Shown: positions 1-13,954, numbered from the stretch's first letter. The stretch is 64,000 nucleotides of DNA from Chrysomallon squamiferum (GCA_012295275.1 CM022676.1:2852001-2916000), one strand, 5' to 3'. Made by a program: numbers and translations. The notes: generated from the letters alone by a model not told the origin.

Positions 1-106
1 TAGAAATATCTGTAAACGATTTTACCACGTAGCACTGTGACCTAGTTAACAATGTTATCAAACTTTACCTTCGAGAATATTCGCCGCTAAGATATCAGAA
101 AACAAG

Positions 107-154
<48 letters not shown>

Positions 155-1318
155 TAGTAGTAATTATAAAATAAAATAAAATAAAATAAAACTCAGGAAA
201 AAAAAAATCGAAAAAGAGCCCCATTCCCCACCAAAAGAAAAGAAACAAACGAAGAAACGAACCAAAAATAAAAAAAATAAAAGAAGAACGTAATAAAAAG
301 AAAAGAAATTAGAGGGTTGAAAAAACGTAATACAAAATAATAAGCCAAAAATCACTTGAATAAACTGTCAGGTATAACATGGTGGACGGAGGATAAATAT
401 TGATATTTAATGTTATTACCAAAAAAAATAATTTCGTCAAATGCTTCTTCATGGTTTAAGGATCAGTGTATAAGTGTTATCTCCCTGAAACTCCTCATTG
501 TTAGAGTGGATAACGTTTAAAAAATAAATCACTATATCAATGGTAAAGTGATTTTTAATTCAGTTTTCATAAAATAAAATTAGGAATATATTAAGAAGAT
601 AACTACTACTTACTATTGTATTTAAATGTGTAAATTTAAAATTGAAATTATTAACTATTTTGTTTTGTTTTCATGGAAACATAAGTTTACTAGGAAGTAA
701 TTTACATATAGAACACATTGCTAAAGGTGACGTTTCTAGAAGGGGTAAGTTATTATTTTTGTTAAAAACAGTTATTATTATTATTCGTGATTTTTATGTA
801 GATACATTTCTAAACATAATTGTTTATTTATAACAAATACACTGAAATCTTCGTTATGTGTTGAATGTATGCAATGTATATTGGATGTATATGTAACGAA
901 GGAGCGGATTAGTCTTTAGATAATGAAGATTTGCGAAATAATAACTAAATATCCGTAGTTTCAAATTATAAAGATTACACTGTAAACTTTACAGTATTTG
1001 TCTGTTCACAGTTATTCGCTTTGCTCTCTTCCATTCTTTGTCGCCATATCCACTTCGTCAGTAAATCAAACTGTGAAGCTGACATCTAGTTCAGCTAAAA
1101 TATTATTCAGTACTTCAGAGTGTACACAGAAGTTGATATCAGTTTATCAATTTTATTTCATTTATTAGCAACTTGGAAACCCTGCATAATCCGCCCCTCG
1201 AATAAAGAATGTATGTGATAGACTTCGTCACGTAGTCCAGTGACCTAGTTAACAATGTTATCAAACTTTACCTTCGAGAATGTTCGGCGCTTCGACATGC
1301 GAAAAACAATTTAGATAA

Positions 1319-1366
<48 letters not shown>

Positions 1367-1378
1367 TAATAATGATAC

Positions 1379-1424
<46 letters not shown>

Positions 1425-1990
1425 CTACGGTACGACAACAATAACAGCAATAAACAAATAAAAAAACGGATTAATTAAACTGACAAATATAAATGGTACA
1501 TTTGAGTATTACGCTGAAAATAAATATTTAATTTTATTACCCACAAAATAATTTTCTGAAAAATAATTATTAACGATGCAACGACTGATGCTACTCTAAA
1601 AGTTTTCTACTCAGATAAAACGCAGGTCAAAGTTCGAGTGGAAAACTTTTTAAAAATAAAAATACTTAAATGCATTAATAATTATTTCAACACTGGTGAA
1701 GGTGACTTTTGTAGAAGGTAAGTTTCTTTGTGTTAGATTTTTCTTATTACTTTATTTCTGTAGATACATTTGGAAACCTAATACTCTATTTAAGACAGTG
1801 AAATATTGGTTATTTGTTGAACTATGTAGTATGTTTTGGATGTATATATAAAGAATGCAGAATTTATGTAATGAATTTTGTCACGTAGTACAGTGACCTC
1901 TTTAACAGTGATTGTCAAAATTTACCTCCGAGAAAGTAGTAGTAGTAGTAGTAATAGTAATAGTAATGGTAATAGTAATAGTAATAATAA

Positions 1991-2021
<31 letters not shown>

Positions 2022-4771
2022 AATGATTGTAATAAAATAAAATGAAGAATAAGCGCAATATCATCTGAATAAACTGTCAGCTATAACATGGCAGATCTGA
2101 GGATTATTCTGGATATAAATATTTAATTTCATTAGAAAGAAGACTAATTTTGTCGAAGGTTTCTTAATACTATAAAGATCAATGTTTGTATAAGAGTTAT
2201 CTTCCCTGAAACATCTCATAAAACTTAGTCAAAGTTCGGGAAAGTCCGTCCCTGAGTCTGACGCCTAGATCATAAAAGCAGGTCAAAGTTCAAGTGGATA
2301 ACTTTTGAAAAATAAAAATACTCAGTTACATTAATTATCTCGATGGTATAGTGATTTTTAATTTAGTTTTCATAAAATAAAATTAAGAATATTTTAAGAC
2401 GATAACTATTACTACCATTATTTCTAAAAGAGTAAATTTAAAATTTAAATTAGTATCTATTGTTTCGTTTTCCTGGAAATTGTCAGACATTTACTGGGAA
2501 GTAATTTACATGCAGGACACACTGCTGAATGTGACGTTTCTAGAAGGTAGGTTTTTATTTGTGTTAGAAACAAAGCTTTTTCTTAATACTGACTTCTCTG
2601 TAGATACATTTCGAAACCTAATTGCCTGTTTAAAACAAATACAGAGAACTCCTGGTTTTGTGTTGAATGTATAAAATGTATACTGGATGTATATGTAATG
2701 AATACAAGGGAGAATTAGGCTTTAGATAAGGAGGGTTTGCGAAAGAATAAGTAAATGTTCCTAGGGGCAAATTATAAAGTTTGCGCAGTTGTCCACATTG
2801 CTGTCTCTTCGCCATTGCATGTCGACATATCCACTGCGTCAGCAAACCAAAGTGTGAAGCTGACATCTAGTTCAGCTAAAATATCACTCAGAGCTTGAAA
2901 GTATACACAGATGTAGACATCAGTTTTATTTATTTATTAATAATCTGGCTCTAGATTCAAAAATGAATGTATTCGTTAACAATGTTATCTGACTTTACCT
3001 TCGAGAAAGTTCGCCGCTCAGATATCAGAAAACCAATGTAGATATAATAATAATAATAATAATAATTATTATTATTATTATTATTATTATTAATAATAGT
3101 AATTATTAATAATAATAATAATAATTTTATTAGCCCCATATACAGTTTTCTCATCGATAATGGTTAACCATTCAACTATTTATGTTTGTCTAACTGTTAT
3201 CTGTTCAGATAAAAAAACAAAAACAAAACAACACAAAAAATCAGGTCAGAGCTAGAGTGGATATTTTCAAAAATAACAATACTCAGCTACATTAATAAAT
3301 ATCTCAACCGTAAAGTGATTTTTAATTTGGTTTTCACAAAATAAAGTTAGGAATATATTACGAAGATAACTGTTAGTTATTATTATATTTAAAAGTTGTA
3401 AATTTAATATCGATAGTTGTATTCATTGTTCTGTTTTCGTGGAAATCGCGAGATGTTTGCTGGGAAGTAATGGACATACAGCACACACTGCTGAAGGTGA
3501 TGTTTCTAGAAGGTAAGTTTTTTTTTGTGTGGTATAAACCAAGTATTTTCTTATTACTGATTTTTCTGTAGATACATTTCGAAACCTGATAGTCTGCCTG
3601 AAAGAAGCACAGTGAAAACTGTTTATTTGTTGAAGGTTTGCAGTGTATTTTGTGTGTATATATCATGAATACAAAATGTATGTAATGATTTTTGTCACGT
3701 AGTAAAGTGACGTCGCTGATAATGATTATAAAAATTTACCTTCGACAAAGTCCGCCGTTAATAATAACAATAATGATAACAGTAGTTAAAAAAAAAAAAA
3801 AAGCCCTCTTCCCCACCAAACAAATAGGGAATAAAAAAATAAAAATGTAAAATAAAATAAAATTAAAATTGAGCCAGAAATCATCTGAATAAACTGTCAG
3901 CTATAACATGGAGAACTGAGGATAATTATGGATATATTTAATTTTATTACCAAGAAAAATAATTTTGTCAATTGCTTCTTAATGGTCTAACGATCAATGT
4001 GTAAGAGTTATCTTCCCTGAAACGCCTCGATCACAAAAAGCAAGTCAAAGTTCGAAGAGGATAACTTTTAAAAAATAAAAATACTCGATTACATTAATAA
4101 TTATTTCAGTGGTAAAATGATTTTTAATTTAGTTTTCATAAAATAAAATTAGGAATAAATTAAAACGATAACTACTAGGTAATACTATATCTAAAAGTGT
4201 AATTTTTAAGTTAATATTAGTATCTATTGTTTAGTTTTCCTGGAAACAGTCAGACATTTAGTGGGAAGTAACTTAATTACAGGACACGCTGCTGAAGAGG
4301 ACGTTTCTAGTGAAATAGAGGTAATATGTTGAATGCAAGCAATGTATATTGGATGTACTGTAATGAATACAGGTGTGGGTTAGACTTTATGTAAGGAAGG
4401 TTTGCGAAATAAGAACTAAATGTTGCTACTTTCAAATTATAAAGTTAATACTGTAAACTGTGCAGTATTTGTCTGTTCACAGTTATTCGCATTGCTGTCT
4501 CGTCACCATTGCTTGTCGCCATATCCACTGCGTCATAAAAACTAAACTGCGAAGTTGACATCTAGTTCAGCTAAAATATCACTCAGAACTTCAGTGCGTG
4601 CACAGTTACAGACATCAGTTTTATTTATTTATTTTATTTCTTTTATTAGCAACTGGGAAAACCCCCATAATCCGCACTTAGTGTAAAGAATGTATGAGAT
4701 CGATTTTGCCACGTAGTACAGTGACCTAGTTAATATTGTTATCAAACTTTACCTTCGAGAAAGTTCACCGC

Positions 4772-4837
<66 letters not shown>

Positions 4838-5180
4838 AAAAATAAAATAATATAAAATAAAATAAAATAAAATTCAGAAAACAAAAGCCAACAAAAGCCA
4901 AGTTTCCCACCAGAAGAAATCAAAAACACAAAACAAATGAATAAAAAAAAAATAAAAAATAAAACTAAACAAAATTGAAAGAACTGGAATAATAATAAAA
5001 ATTAAAATAATAATAAAAAAAAAAAATTAAAAAAAAATTAAAAAATTAAAAACTAAAAACTAAACAAATTTAAAATTAAAAGAAATCAAATAAAAGAAAG
5101 AAGCATAAAATAAGCATAGTGGTAAGTAATTCTGTGTTCATAGACGACACACTGTTGACGGTGACGTTTCTAGAAGGAAA
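1..5180. repeat. Upstream module array 1 (A/B modules separated by (AAT)n and A-rich spacers)
   Basis: Recurrent cores AGAGTTATCTTCCCTGAAAC, GGTGACGTTTCTAGAAGGTAAG, TGTGAAGCTGACATCTAGTTCAGCTAAAAT and TTTACCTTCGAGAA (B cores near 1072, 2854, 4548); the array ends just before the exon at 5473. Confidence 0.9.
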
Positions 5181-5472
5181 GTTTAATAATAATAATGATA
5201 ATAGCAGGAAGAAGATGAAGAAGAAAAAGAATATTAAATAAATAAATAAATAAATGAATAAATAAATAAATAAATAAATAAATTTAAAAAGCGCTGCTGA
5301 TCAGTGAGAAAATAATAAATAGAGTTAGTTATTGATTTTAATTACACACAAACTCAGACATAGAAACACAGTCACTCACACAAATGCGCACACAATGTAT
5401 TTGTTTATTTACTGCAAAATAAATATTCTTTTCTGATGTTATCATTTTATTTATTAATTCAGTGATAACAAA

Positions 5473-5701
5473 ATGGCTGCAGCAGAAGCTGATACTGTGG
5501 ATGATGTAATAAACACTGAAGAAACCGAAGTCGTGGATGAAGTAAGAAATACTTCCGGTTTTGTTGATAACTGGCAACATGAACGAACTATCATTGAAAG
5601 TCTCCGATATTCTCTCAAGGAAAACATTCTCTGTGACGTCACATTCATTGTCGGAGAGGACAGGACACGTATCGAAGCTCACAAGTTGATACTCAGTCTG
5701 C
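5473..5701 (+). pseudogene. Truncated exon 1 of a BTB-BACK-PHR gene (copy 1)
   Basis: MAAAEADTVDD...ILCDVTFIVGEDRTRIEAHKLILSL matches the other copies, then breaks into unrelated sequence at ~5702; no donor and no exon 2 of its own. Confidence 0.85.
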
Positions 5702-6509
5702 TTAATCATAATTAAACTAGTATTTCATGAAAACAGTTTTGATGACGTGATTGACTGGGAAGTGATTTCATCTCTAGCATTATATCTGTTCATGTCATGA
5801 GAATTAATTTGTTACGTTGTTAATAAACAAGACTGTTTCCTGTTCTAAATCATTTTAATTAGTGAGAAATATTAACACAGTAACGTGGTACTTCCTACCC
5901 AGGACAGATTTAGTGTCTGGGGTGGGGTGTGTGTAGCGAGTGCACACTACCTGTAGGAGCTGAGTTGAAGATCTGATAATGTTACCTGAAAGGGTTAGAA
6001 ATATTAAGTAAATAAATAAATAGATAAAATACGTTTAATACTAAAAGTAAATTAAACTATTTTTCGTTTGTTTGTTATTATTGTTTCTTGCGAAAGAAGA
6101 GATATTTGTTCAACGATAATAATGTGAATTTCATTACTTATAATACATATCTGTAGGAAAACCAGAGTATCTACTGGCTGTTTTAAATTATTATTCACTT
6201 TATCAAGTAATTTTTATCAGGAAATTTTTGTTTTTATTTTATTTTTTATTTTTTTATATATAAATATATTTAGCAAGTTCTCATCAAGAACAAGAAAGTA
6301 AGTCAGTAAATATATAAATAATAAAAGAATCAGTGAATGAATAAATTAATACATAAGGAAATAAATAAACCAAACGCAAAAATAACTGAGAAAGAAAATA
6401 CTAAATTAAAAAAATTAACAAAATGAAAATGAAAGAACCTCAAAAACTGAGGAAAATAACAAAATAATGGGAGGGGGGAAGAAAATAGAGAGAAAAAAAA
6501 AACACCTAA

Positions 6510-8000
6510 ATAAAGTGTCAGTTCAATAAATATTATTATTATAAAAATTATGTTCAAAATAAATATTTAATTTCATTACCGATAACTGAAAATTAATTTT
6601 GTCAAAGTCTTCTTAATACTTTAACGATCAGTGTTTGTGTAAGAGTTATCTTCACTGAAACATTAACTCAGAGAAAGCAGGTCAAAGTTCGAGTGGAAAA
6701 CTTTTAAACACACTTAATTACATCAATAATCATCTCAATGGTAAAGTGATTTTTTAATTAGTTTTCATAAAATAAAATTAGGAATAAATTAAGATGATAA
6801 CTACTGCTTATCGTTATATCTAAAAGTGTAATTTCTAAATTGAAATTAGTATTTATTGTTTTGTTTTCCTGGATACCGCGGGATGTTTACAGGGAAGCAA
6901 TTTACAAACAGGACAGACCACTAAAGGTGAAATGTCTACAAGGTAAGTTTTTACTTGTGTTAGAAACAAAGACTTTTTCCGATTACAGCCTTTGTCTGTA
7001 GATACCTAATAATCTGTTTAAAAAAAATGCAGTGAAGTGTTGGTTATTTCAGTATTTGTCTGTTCACAGTTGTTAGCATTGTTGTCTCTTCGCCATTGTT
7101 TGTCGCCATATCCACTGCGTCAGCAAACCAAAGTGTGAAGCTGACATCTAGTTCAGCTAAAATATCACTCAGAGCTTCAAATGTAGATAGATATCAATTT
7201 TATTTATTTATTTTATTTCTATTATTAGCAACTGGGAAACACCCCATTACCCGCCACTTGAGTAAAGAATGTAAGAGATCGAGTTTGTCACGCAGTACAG
7301 TGACCTAGTTAACAATTATTATCAAACTTAACTTCGAGAAAATTCTATATATAAGCCCACATCTAAATAAAGTGACGGTTAAAACATGGTGCATGTGAGA
7401 ATTTTTTTGGATATGAATATTTAACTTATATTAAATAATGTCGAAGGTTTCTTAATACTTTAATGATCAATGTCTGTATAAGAGTTATCTTCCCTGAAAC
7501 ACTCAGATCAAAAATAGCAGGTCAAAGTTCGGATGGAAAACTTTTAAAAATAAAAATTCTTAATTATCTTAATAACTATCTGAATCACAAACTGATCTTT
7601 TATTTAGTTTTCATAAAATGAAATTAGGGATCAATTAAGATGATAACTAGTACTTATCATTACTTCTAAAAGAGTAAGTTTAAAATTAAAAGTAGTATTT
7701 AGTGTTTTGTTTTCCTTGAAAAAGTCAGATGTTTACTAGGAAGTAATTTACATACAGGACACACTGCTGAAGGTGACGTTTCTAGAAGGTAAGTTTTTCT
7801 TTTCGTTAGAAACAAAGATTTGTCTTATTACTGATGTTTCGTAACGTAATTGTCTCTTTAAAACAAATACAGTGTAATAGTGGTTATTGGTTGAAGGTTT
7901 GTATACTAAAGAATACTGAATCGACATACTGATTTTTGTCACGTAGTACAGTGATCTGGTGGTAAATGTTTATAAAAATGTACCTTCGAGAAAATGCGCC
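6510..8000. repeat. Upstream module array 2
   Basis: A cores near 6642 and 7481, B core near 7134, end motifs near 7333 and 7985. Confidence 0.85.
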
Positions 8001-8001
8001 G

Positions 8002-8054
<53 letters not shown>

Positions 8055-8692
8055 CCCATAATAATACTAATGTTAATGAGGTTAATAATAATGATAATAA
8101 TACAAAAATGATGATGATAATGATAACAAATAATAATAATAATAATAAGAAGAAGAAGAAGAAGATGATGATGATGATGATGAGAAGGAGGAGGAGAAGG
8201 AGGAGGAAGAAAATGAATATTCAAATAATAAATAAATAAATAAGTTTAAAAACACAACTGAGCAGTGAGAAATTGATAATAAATAAAGTTATTTATTAAT
8301 TTTAATTACAAGGAGAGATAAGTCGGGTAAAACAAAGAACAGGGGAAAGATTAGGATAAAACAAAATATATTTATTTAGCTACATTTATATTCTGTATTA
8401 ATACAGTGTTACTGAAAGCACACCCCAGCAAACATAAATACATATGAATACACAGACAGACACGCGCACACACACACAGACACACACACATTATGACAAT
8501 AAATGAAATAAAGTTTGTAGTGATACAGAGTAGTGAAACAAATTAACAATAGCAGCTTTTTGTGCTTTTTTCTCTCTCACACACACACATACACACGCAC
8601 GCACACATACGCACATACTCTCAGAAAATACACAGTTTATTAATTTGTTTTCTTTAAAATAAATATCATTTTATTAATTCAGTGATAACAAA

Positions 8693-9010
8693 ATGGCTGC
8701 AGCAGAAGCTGACACTGTGGATGATGTAATAAACGCTGAAGAAGTCGAAGTCATCGATGACGTAGCCACTTCTGGTTATGCAGATAATTGGCAACATGAA
8801 CGAACTATCCTTGAAAGTCTCCGACATTCTCTCAAGGAAAACATTCTCTGTGACGTCACATTCATTGTCGGAGAGGACAGGACACGTATCGAAGCTCACA
8901 AGTTGATACTCAGTCTGCGCAGCTGTGTGTTTCACGCCATGTTGACAGGAGATCTGAAAGAACAGGGTGATATTGTAATCCCAGACACTGAAAGCAGAAA
9001 TTTTTCAGAA
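8693..9010 (+). pseudogene. BTB-BACK-PHR copy 2, exon 1 (BTB N-half); donor missing in this sequence
   Basis: BTB motif LCDVTFIVG..AHKLILSLRSCVFHAMLTG; extra A at GACACTGAAAGCA and loss of the TTTTTAGA|GTAAG donor seen in copies 3-5. Confidence 0.75.
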
Positions 9011-9133
9011 ATTAGTGTGTTTTTTGATTTTTAAGAGATTATCCAGTTTATTTATTTTTATTTTTTAATTAATTAACTAATTAATATGCATGTATGTATG
9101 TATGTATATTATTTTGTATGTGTGTGTGTAATG

Positions 9134-9187
<54 letters not shown>

Positions 9188-9785
9188 TGTATATATTTAG
9201 CATCTGAAGGTATCTGAATATTTACATCTGAAAATGAATATTTGCATGTCAATACAAATTATGCATCTATGACATTTGTATGTTCATATTTATGTACATG
9301 TATTTATACCATATTATAGTATATATTTTATGCGTATGTGTCCGTAAATGTATTTGTGTGTATGTTTGTGGGTCTTTTTAATGTGATTATTTACAAAAAA
9401 AAATGAATATTTTTCAGATTTCTTTTTTGAAACTTCCTTTTTATTTTACGTTTTTATTTCTTTTACCGATTTTATTTTATTCTCATGATAGTGTATGGAC
9501 TAGATAAAAATAAAATGTATGTATGTTAGCATTTGAATTTGTCTGTGGAAGAAACGTATACAATGAATGTTTTCGTGAATAAGAACTCTAAAATACATTT
9601 GTATGAATATATATTTACTGAATTTATATATTTTTGTATGTGTTTATGTTTTGTATGTATGTATATGATGATCTAATGCATGAGGATATATATTTATATA
9701 TATATATGTAGGTTTGAAGTGTGTGCAGACTGTCTGAAAAAAAATAATTTAGAAAAAACGTTTTTTTGTGTTGTTTTTTCCCAAG

Positions 9786-10853
9786 ATTTCTTTATACTGA
9801 TGAAACCGATTTTACAGACGATTTTGTCATTCGAATTATTTTAAAATGATGCCAGGAAGTATGACGTAACTACTTTTCTCAAAAAAAACAGATGTCTTAA
9901 CTAAATTGAAAACAAAAATGGAGATTTGAAAATAACGTCGATGATGATTTTCCTGGAAGAAACTCACACGTATAAACAAGAATGCATTTTTCTTGGTAAA
10001 CATTTCTGAAATAATTTGGGAAAATGGCAAAGCTGTACTGAATTCAGAGAGTTTCACAGATCAATGTGGTGAATGTTTTAGAAACATAATTGAACCTGAT
10101 GATCTAAACGCCACTGAGGAGACAGTTTTTCAGTCATGCATGAAATGGAGTGAAGCTGAGTGCAGACGACATGAAAAAGAAATAACAGCAGAAAACCAAC
10201 GTGAAATGCTGGGAAAAGAGCTGTACCTGATTCGCTTTCCTCTTCTCGACTCAGAGTATTTTCAAAATATGGTTTTGCCTAAAAATCTTTTATCTCATTC
10301 TGAAAAATTCGAAACTGTCTGTTCCTACGTATACCCAGAGATAGATGTGTCACTTTTCAGCAAAAGCCGCAGAGTTGGTACAAAGAGAAATGTAATAAAC
10401 ATTGACAGATTTGAAAATATTTGTGTCGAGGGCGTCGATGGTGATTATTGTTCGTACTTCGATACGATCACATTTTCTTTAAACACGAATGTGTCTTTGA
10501 AAGGCTTTAGTATTCTCTCTTTTCCAAGAAAAAGGAAAGAATTGTCAATCAAAGCCAGTGTCTGTGAAGTTTCGACAGATGTGATAGTGCCAGGATCTTC
10601 AGTAGATAAACAAATCCGCGTGTCTTTTTTTGATGTTGATTTTCCAAGTCCTTTAGACATAAAGAAAGACACACAGTATAACCTGACTGTTCACACTCAA
10701 GGAAGGGCAAGATGTGAAACAGTGAACAGACAAGGTGAGATACGTGAAGGTTTTCTGAAGTGTACCTTTTCAGATAGCAAACAATGTTCTCATAGTGGTG
10801 GCACATTCGGGATTAAAACAAACTTTATATCGCGATTAAAATTCCTTGTGTGA
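9786..10853 (+). pseudogene. BTB-BACK-PHR copy 2, exon 2 (BTB end, BACK, PHR); 5' part frameshifted
   Basis: Acceptor CCCAAG|ATTTCTTTATACTGATG; many indels 9830-10012; open frame from IWENG to ISRLKFLV* with BACK motif LNATEETVFQSCMKWS..ELYLIRFPLL. Confidence 0.75.
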
Positions 10854-11619
10854 ATTTGATTCAAGTTGTATTTATGAAACATGTTATTGCTGTAGCAGTC
10901 ATACATTATAAGTACAGATTTGTACCCATATTATTATTAATAGCAGTTTTATTACTATTATAAATATTCTCATATACATATACATTCATACATACATACA
11001 CATACACACTCACGAAAATACTCATAAACAAATATACACACATACACATAACCAATAAACGCACGTACACGTACATTCATAAACGAACATACACTCACAA
11101 ATATACATGCACGTACACCCATAAACGCACACACACACGTACACTTATAAATGCTCATAAACATACACAGACTCAGCAAAAATTAAAAGTTGAAAACAAT
11201 AATACACAAATAACGTGGAAATTTCAAAGACAAATGGATTACTTACGGACGAGGAATTTCACTTTCGTTTCGGTAGAATATTATTATTTTACATTCAGAA
11301 CAAGAAAGAACATGAGATCAACGGACTGAAAAAAGCCTGGATTAACTTTTTGTAAACTAACTTTGCAGTGATAATTTTAATTGTTGCTTTAGATAATAGT
11401 ATTATCATTAGTTTATTGTCTAATAATTTATGACTGTTCTTGTGTTACTTTGGAAACATTTATCATAGTAACGTGTCATCTGTGTGTTTTAATCATGTTC
11501 TATACCATTTTCATGTCTATGAATTGTAGTAGTTTTTATTTTTTTTATTGATAATTAATATGTTATATCTGCAGTTCAAAACCATACGAATCATTATTAT
11601 AAAAATATGTATTTAATAT

Positions 11620-12140
11620 ATTTATATTATTCTGTACTATACTTTACTATACTGTACTATACTAGGCTTTAATATACTATGGCATGCCATACTCTACTTT
11701 AATATAATATACTTGGTACTATAAATGTCCATGCTATACTATTCTATACTACACTATGATACACTATTTTGTAGTATACTATGTCATACTACACTACATT
11801 ACACTATAGTATACTATAGTGTATTATACTACACTACAGTGCTTTACTATACTGTACATTTCGATGCAATAGTCTACTACACTACACTTCTCTATACTAT
11901 TCTACACCACACTGTGCTATACTACATTATACTATGCCATACTAATCCATACCATACCATACTGTTCCATACAACACCATTCTATTTTAAACACACTATA
12001 CTATGCTATTCTCTATTCTGCTGTACTATACTATACTGTACTGCACTACACTGTATTATACTCTACTCTACTCTACTATACTACACTATAATATACTGTA
12101 CAATACTGTACTATACTGCACTATACTATAGTATACCATA
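11620..12140. repeat. Degenerate (ATACT)n pentamer satellite
   Basis: Runs of ACTAT/ATACT; paralogous tracts at ~25010-25170, ~39940-40120 and ~54750-54960 in the 3' flank of other copies. Confidence 0.85.
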
Positions 12141-13394
12141 TATATTTATAGTGTGAATGAAAAATATTAATTGATAATAATACAATTACATTTTTATTTT
12201 GAAAAATGATCTATAACTTTATTTCTTAAATTGTTGACCGAATTTAGTTTTATTTATTATTATTATTTCTTTTTATAATATCAATGTTTTTCTAAATACA
12301 TTACTGTTAAATTTTTTAAATATTATAGTGTCAGTTAAAACTATTTGTGCTTAATAATATAATTATATTTATTGCTTTTTTTAAAGTTGAGAATTCAGTG
12401 GTTGTTTGTATAGTTGTTTTCTAGAGGAACAGATAATGTAATCATTTTCAAAATGCAAAAACAAATCGATTTTATTTGTTATGCATAATAATCTAAATGT
12501 TTTATATTTTGATTTAATATTATTTCATTTTGTTTTTTTGTTGAAAATTTTCATTTTGTTTCTTTTTCAATCTGAATTATAATATTTTTTTAAAATAATG
12601 TTTTACATTCCTTGCTTTTTGTTGTAGATTTCAGCAATCGTTTTATATTTGTCGTTTTAATAAAATATCTGTATATAATAATTACAGTGTATTGTATTAT
12701 TAATATTATAGGATACTTATTATAGTAATTGTTGTAGTAATTTTTTATTTTTTTTTTGTTTTTATTTATTTATTTATAATAGCTGTACCACAATAACAGG
12801 AAATAATGAAACTGACTTTTGTATTTTATTTTATATTATATTTTATTGTATTTATTCATTTGTTTGTTTGTTTGTTTATTTTTAATTATAATATTATAAA
12901 TATTTACAACCACGCATTAAAATATCGCATCAGTGTAGTAAAACAATAATAATAATAAAAAAACATAATAAAAATGAACGAACGAATTTATAAATAATTG
13001 TATAATGGAAACAAAAAATAAATAAAAAATAATTGGGAAAGAAATTATAGAATTAAGAAAAAATTAAGCCAAATGAAAAAACAACAACTAAAAAAAAAAA
13101 AAAAAAAAAACAACAACAACTAAAACAAAAACAGATAAAGAGAGTAAATAATACAGATTATACTACTACTTGACAGATGATAAAAATATTATTAATATGA
13201 AACCAGAGAGAAATTGAAACAAACGGGTTGAAAGAAGAGAGAAATTGAATAAAAATAACAATAAAAAACAATAATAAAAAACAAAAAAACAAAAGAAAAC
13301 AATAACAAAACAACCCTAATAGAAAGTGAATACTTTAACACGCTAAAATATGCACGAATATCGTGAGTTAATTGTAATACGTATTAGATACGTA

Positions 13395-13560
13395 CGAATG
13401 ACGTATTGTGATTGAAATAGGTATCAAATGACGTGTTTCAATTGCACTATATATTAAATGACATCATTTAATTGTTATGTTTATAAAATGACGTTAATTA
13501 TTATTATAAATACATATTAAATGAGTAAGTTCAGTTGCAACATATATTAAATGACGGAAT
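13395..13560. repeat. ~30-bp degenerate tandem repeat with AATGACGT-like core
   Basis: ATGAC(GT)-like core near 13398, 13428, 13458, 13488, 13521 and 13551. Confidence 0.6.
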
Positions 13561-13827
13561 ATATCTATTCTAGGTTTTAAATAACATTTTAAAAATCTGT
13601 GGAGGAAAAATAAACCTTAGCATCATTTTTGATTCCTGAGATTAACATTAATCTATACAATTAAATTTTAACTAAATTAAATTAGTAAGTAAACTCAATT
13701 AATATTTATTTATCAACACTAATATTAGTTAATATTAACTGTGTTTACATATGTACTGTAACTTTTGCATAAGGACAATATTTGACAAATGAAAAAACAC
13801 TAGCTTTCAAGTATGGGTTACTCTTAC

Positions 13828-13954
13828 AGATCAGCAAAAAGTGGTCTTTTAGTTAAACCTTCCAGTTGGCTGGAAAGCACAATGCAAGTAAAGTATTTGT
13901 AGAGGCGGGGCTGTGTAAGGGAGATCTCACGTGTTGTTTTGAATGTGTGTACGT
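13828..13954 (-). pseudogene. Probable non-collagenous exon following the collagen exons
   Basis: Pyrimidine-rich acceptor TTTTCTCATACAG, donor GTAAGA, phase compatible with exon 14984-15089; reads VHTFKTTREISLTQPRLYKYFTCIVLSSQLEGLTKRPLFAD. Confidence 0.45.

Noticed and set aside
2480-2674. Module A ORFs (also 18836, 642, 62074) as real exons with donor GAAG|GTAAG
   Set aside because: Acceptor absent in most copies and frames inconsistent between copies; splicing cannot be fully excluded without RNA data
4748-4775. Minus-strand micro-exon array (TATAG|CGG..TCGAAG|GTAAAG)
   Set aside because: The acceptor AG is not conserved across copies; the motif is better explained as an HSE or PHR relic
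5338-5709. Antisense ORFs over BTB exons (also 8666, 21773, 35995, 49106, 63364, 10445, 23475, 37507)
   Set aside because: Shadow frames of the + strand BTB-PHR coding sequence
7970-8239. Poly-N/I/L/K/RE/SL/VC/H-T ORFs throughout the window
   Set aside because: Translations of microsatellites and CA-rich repeats
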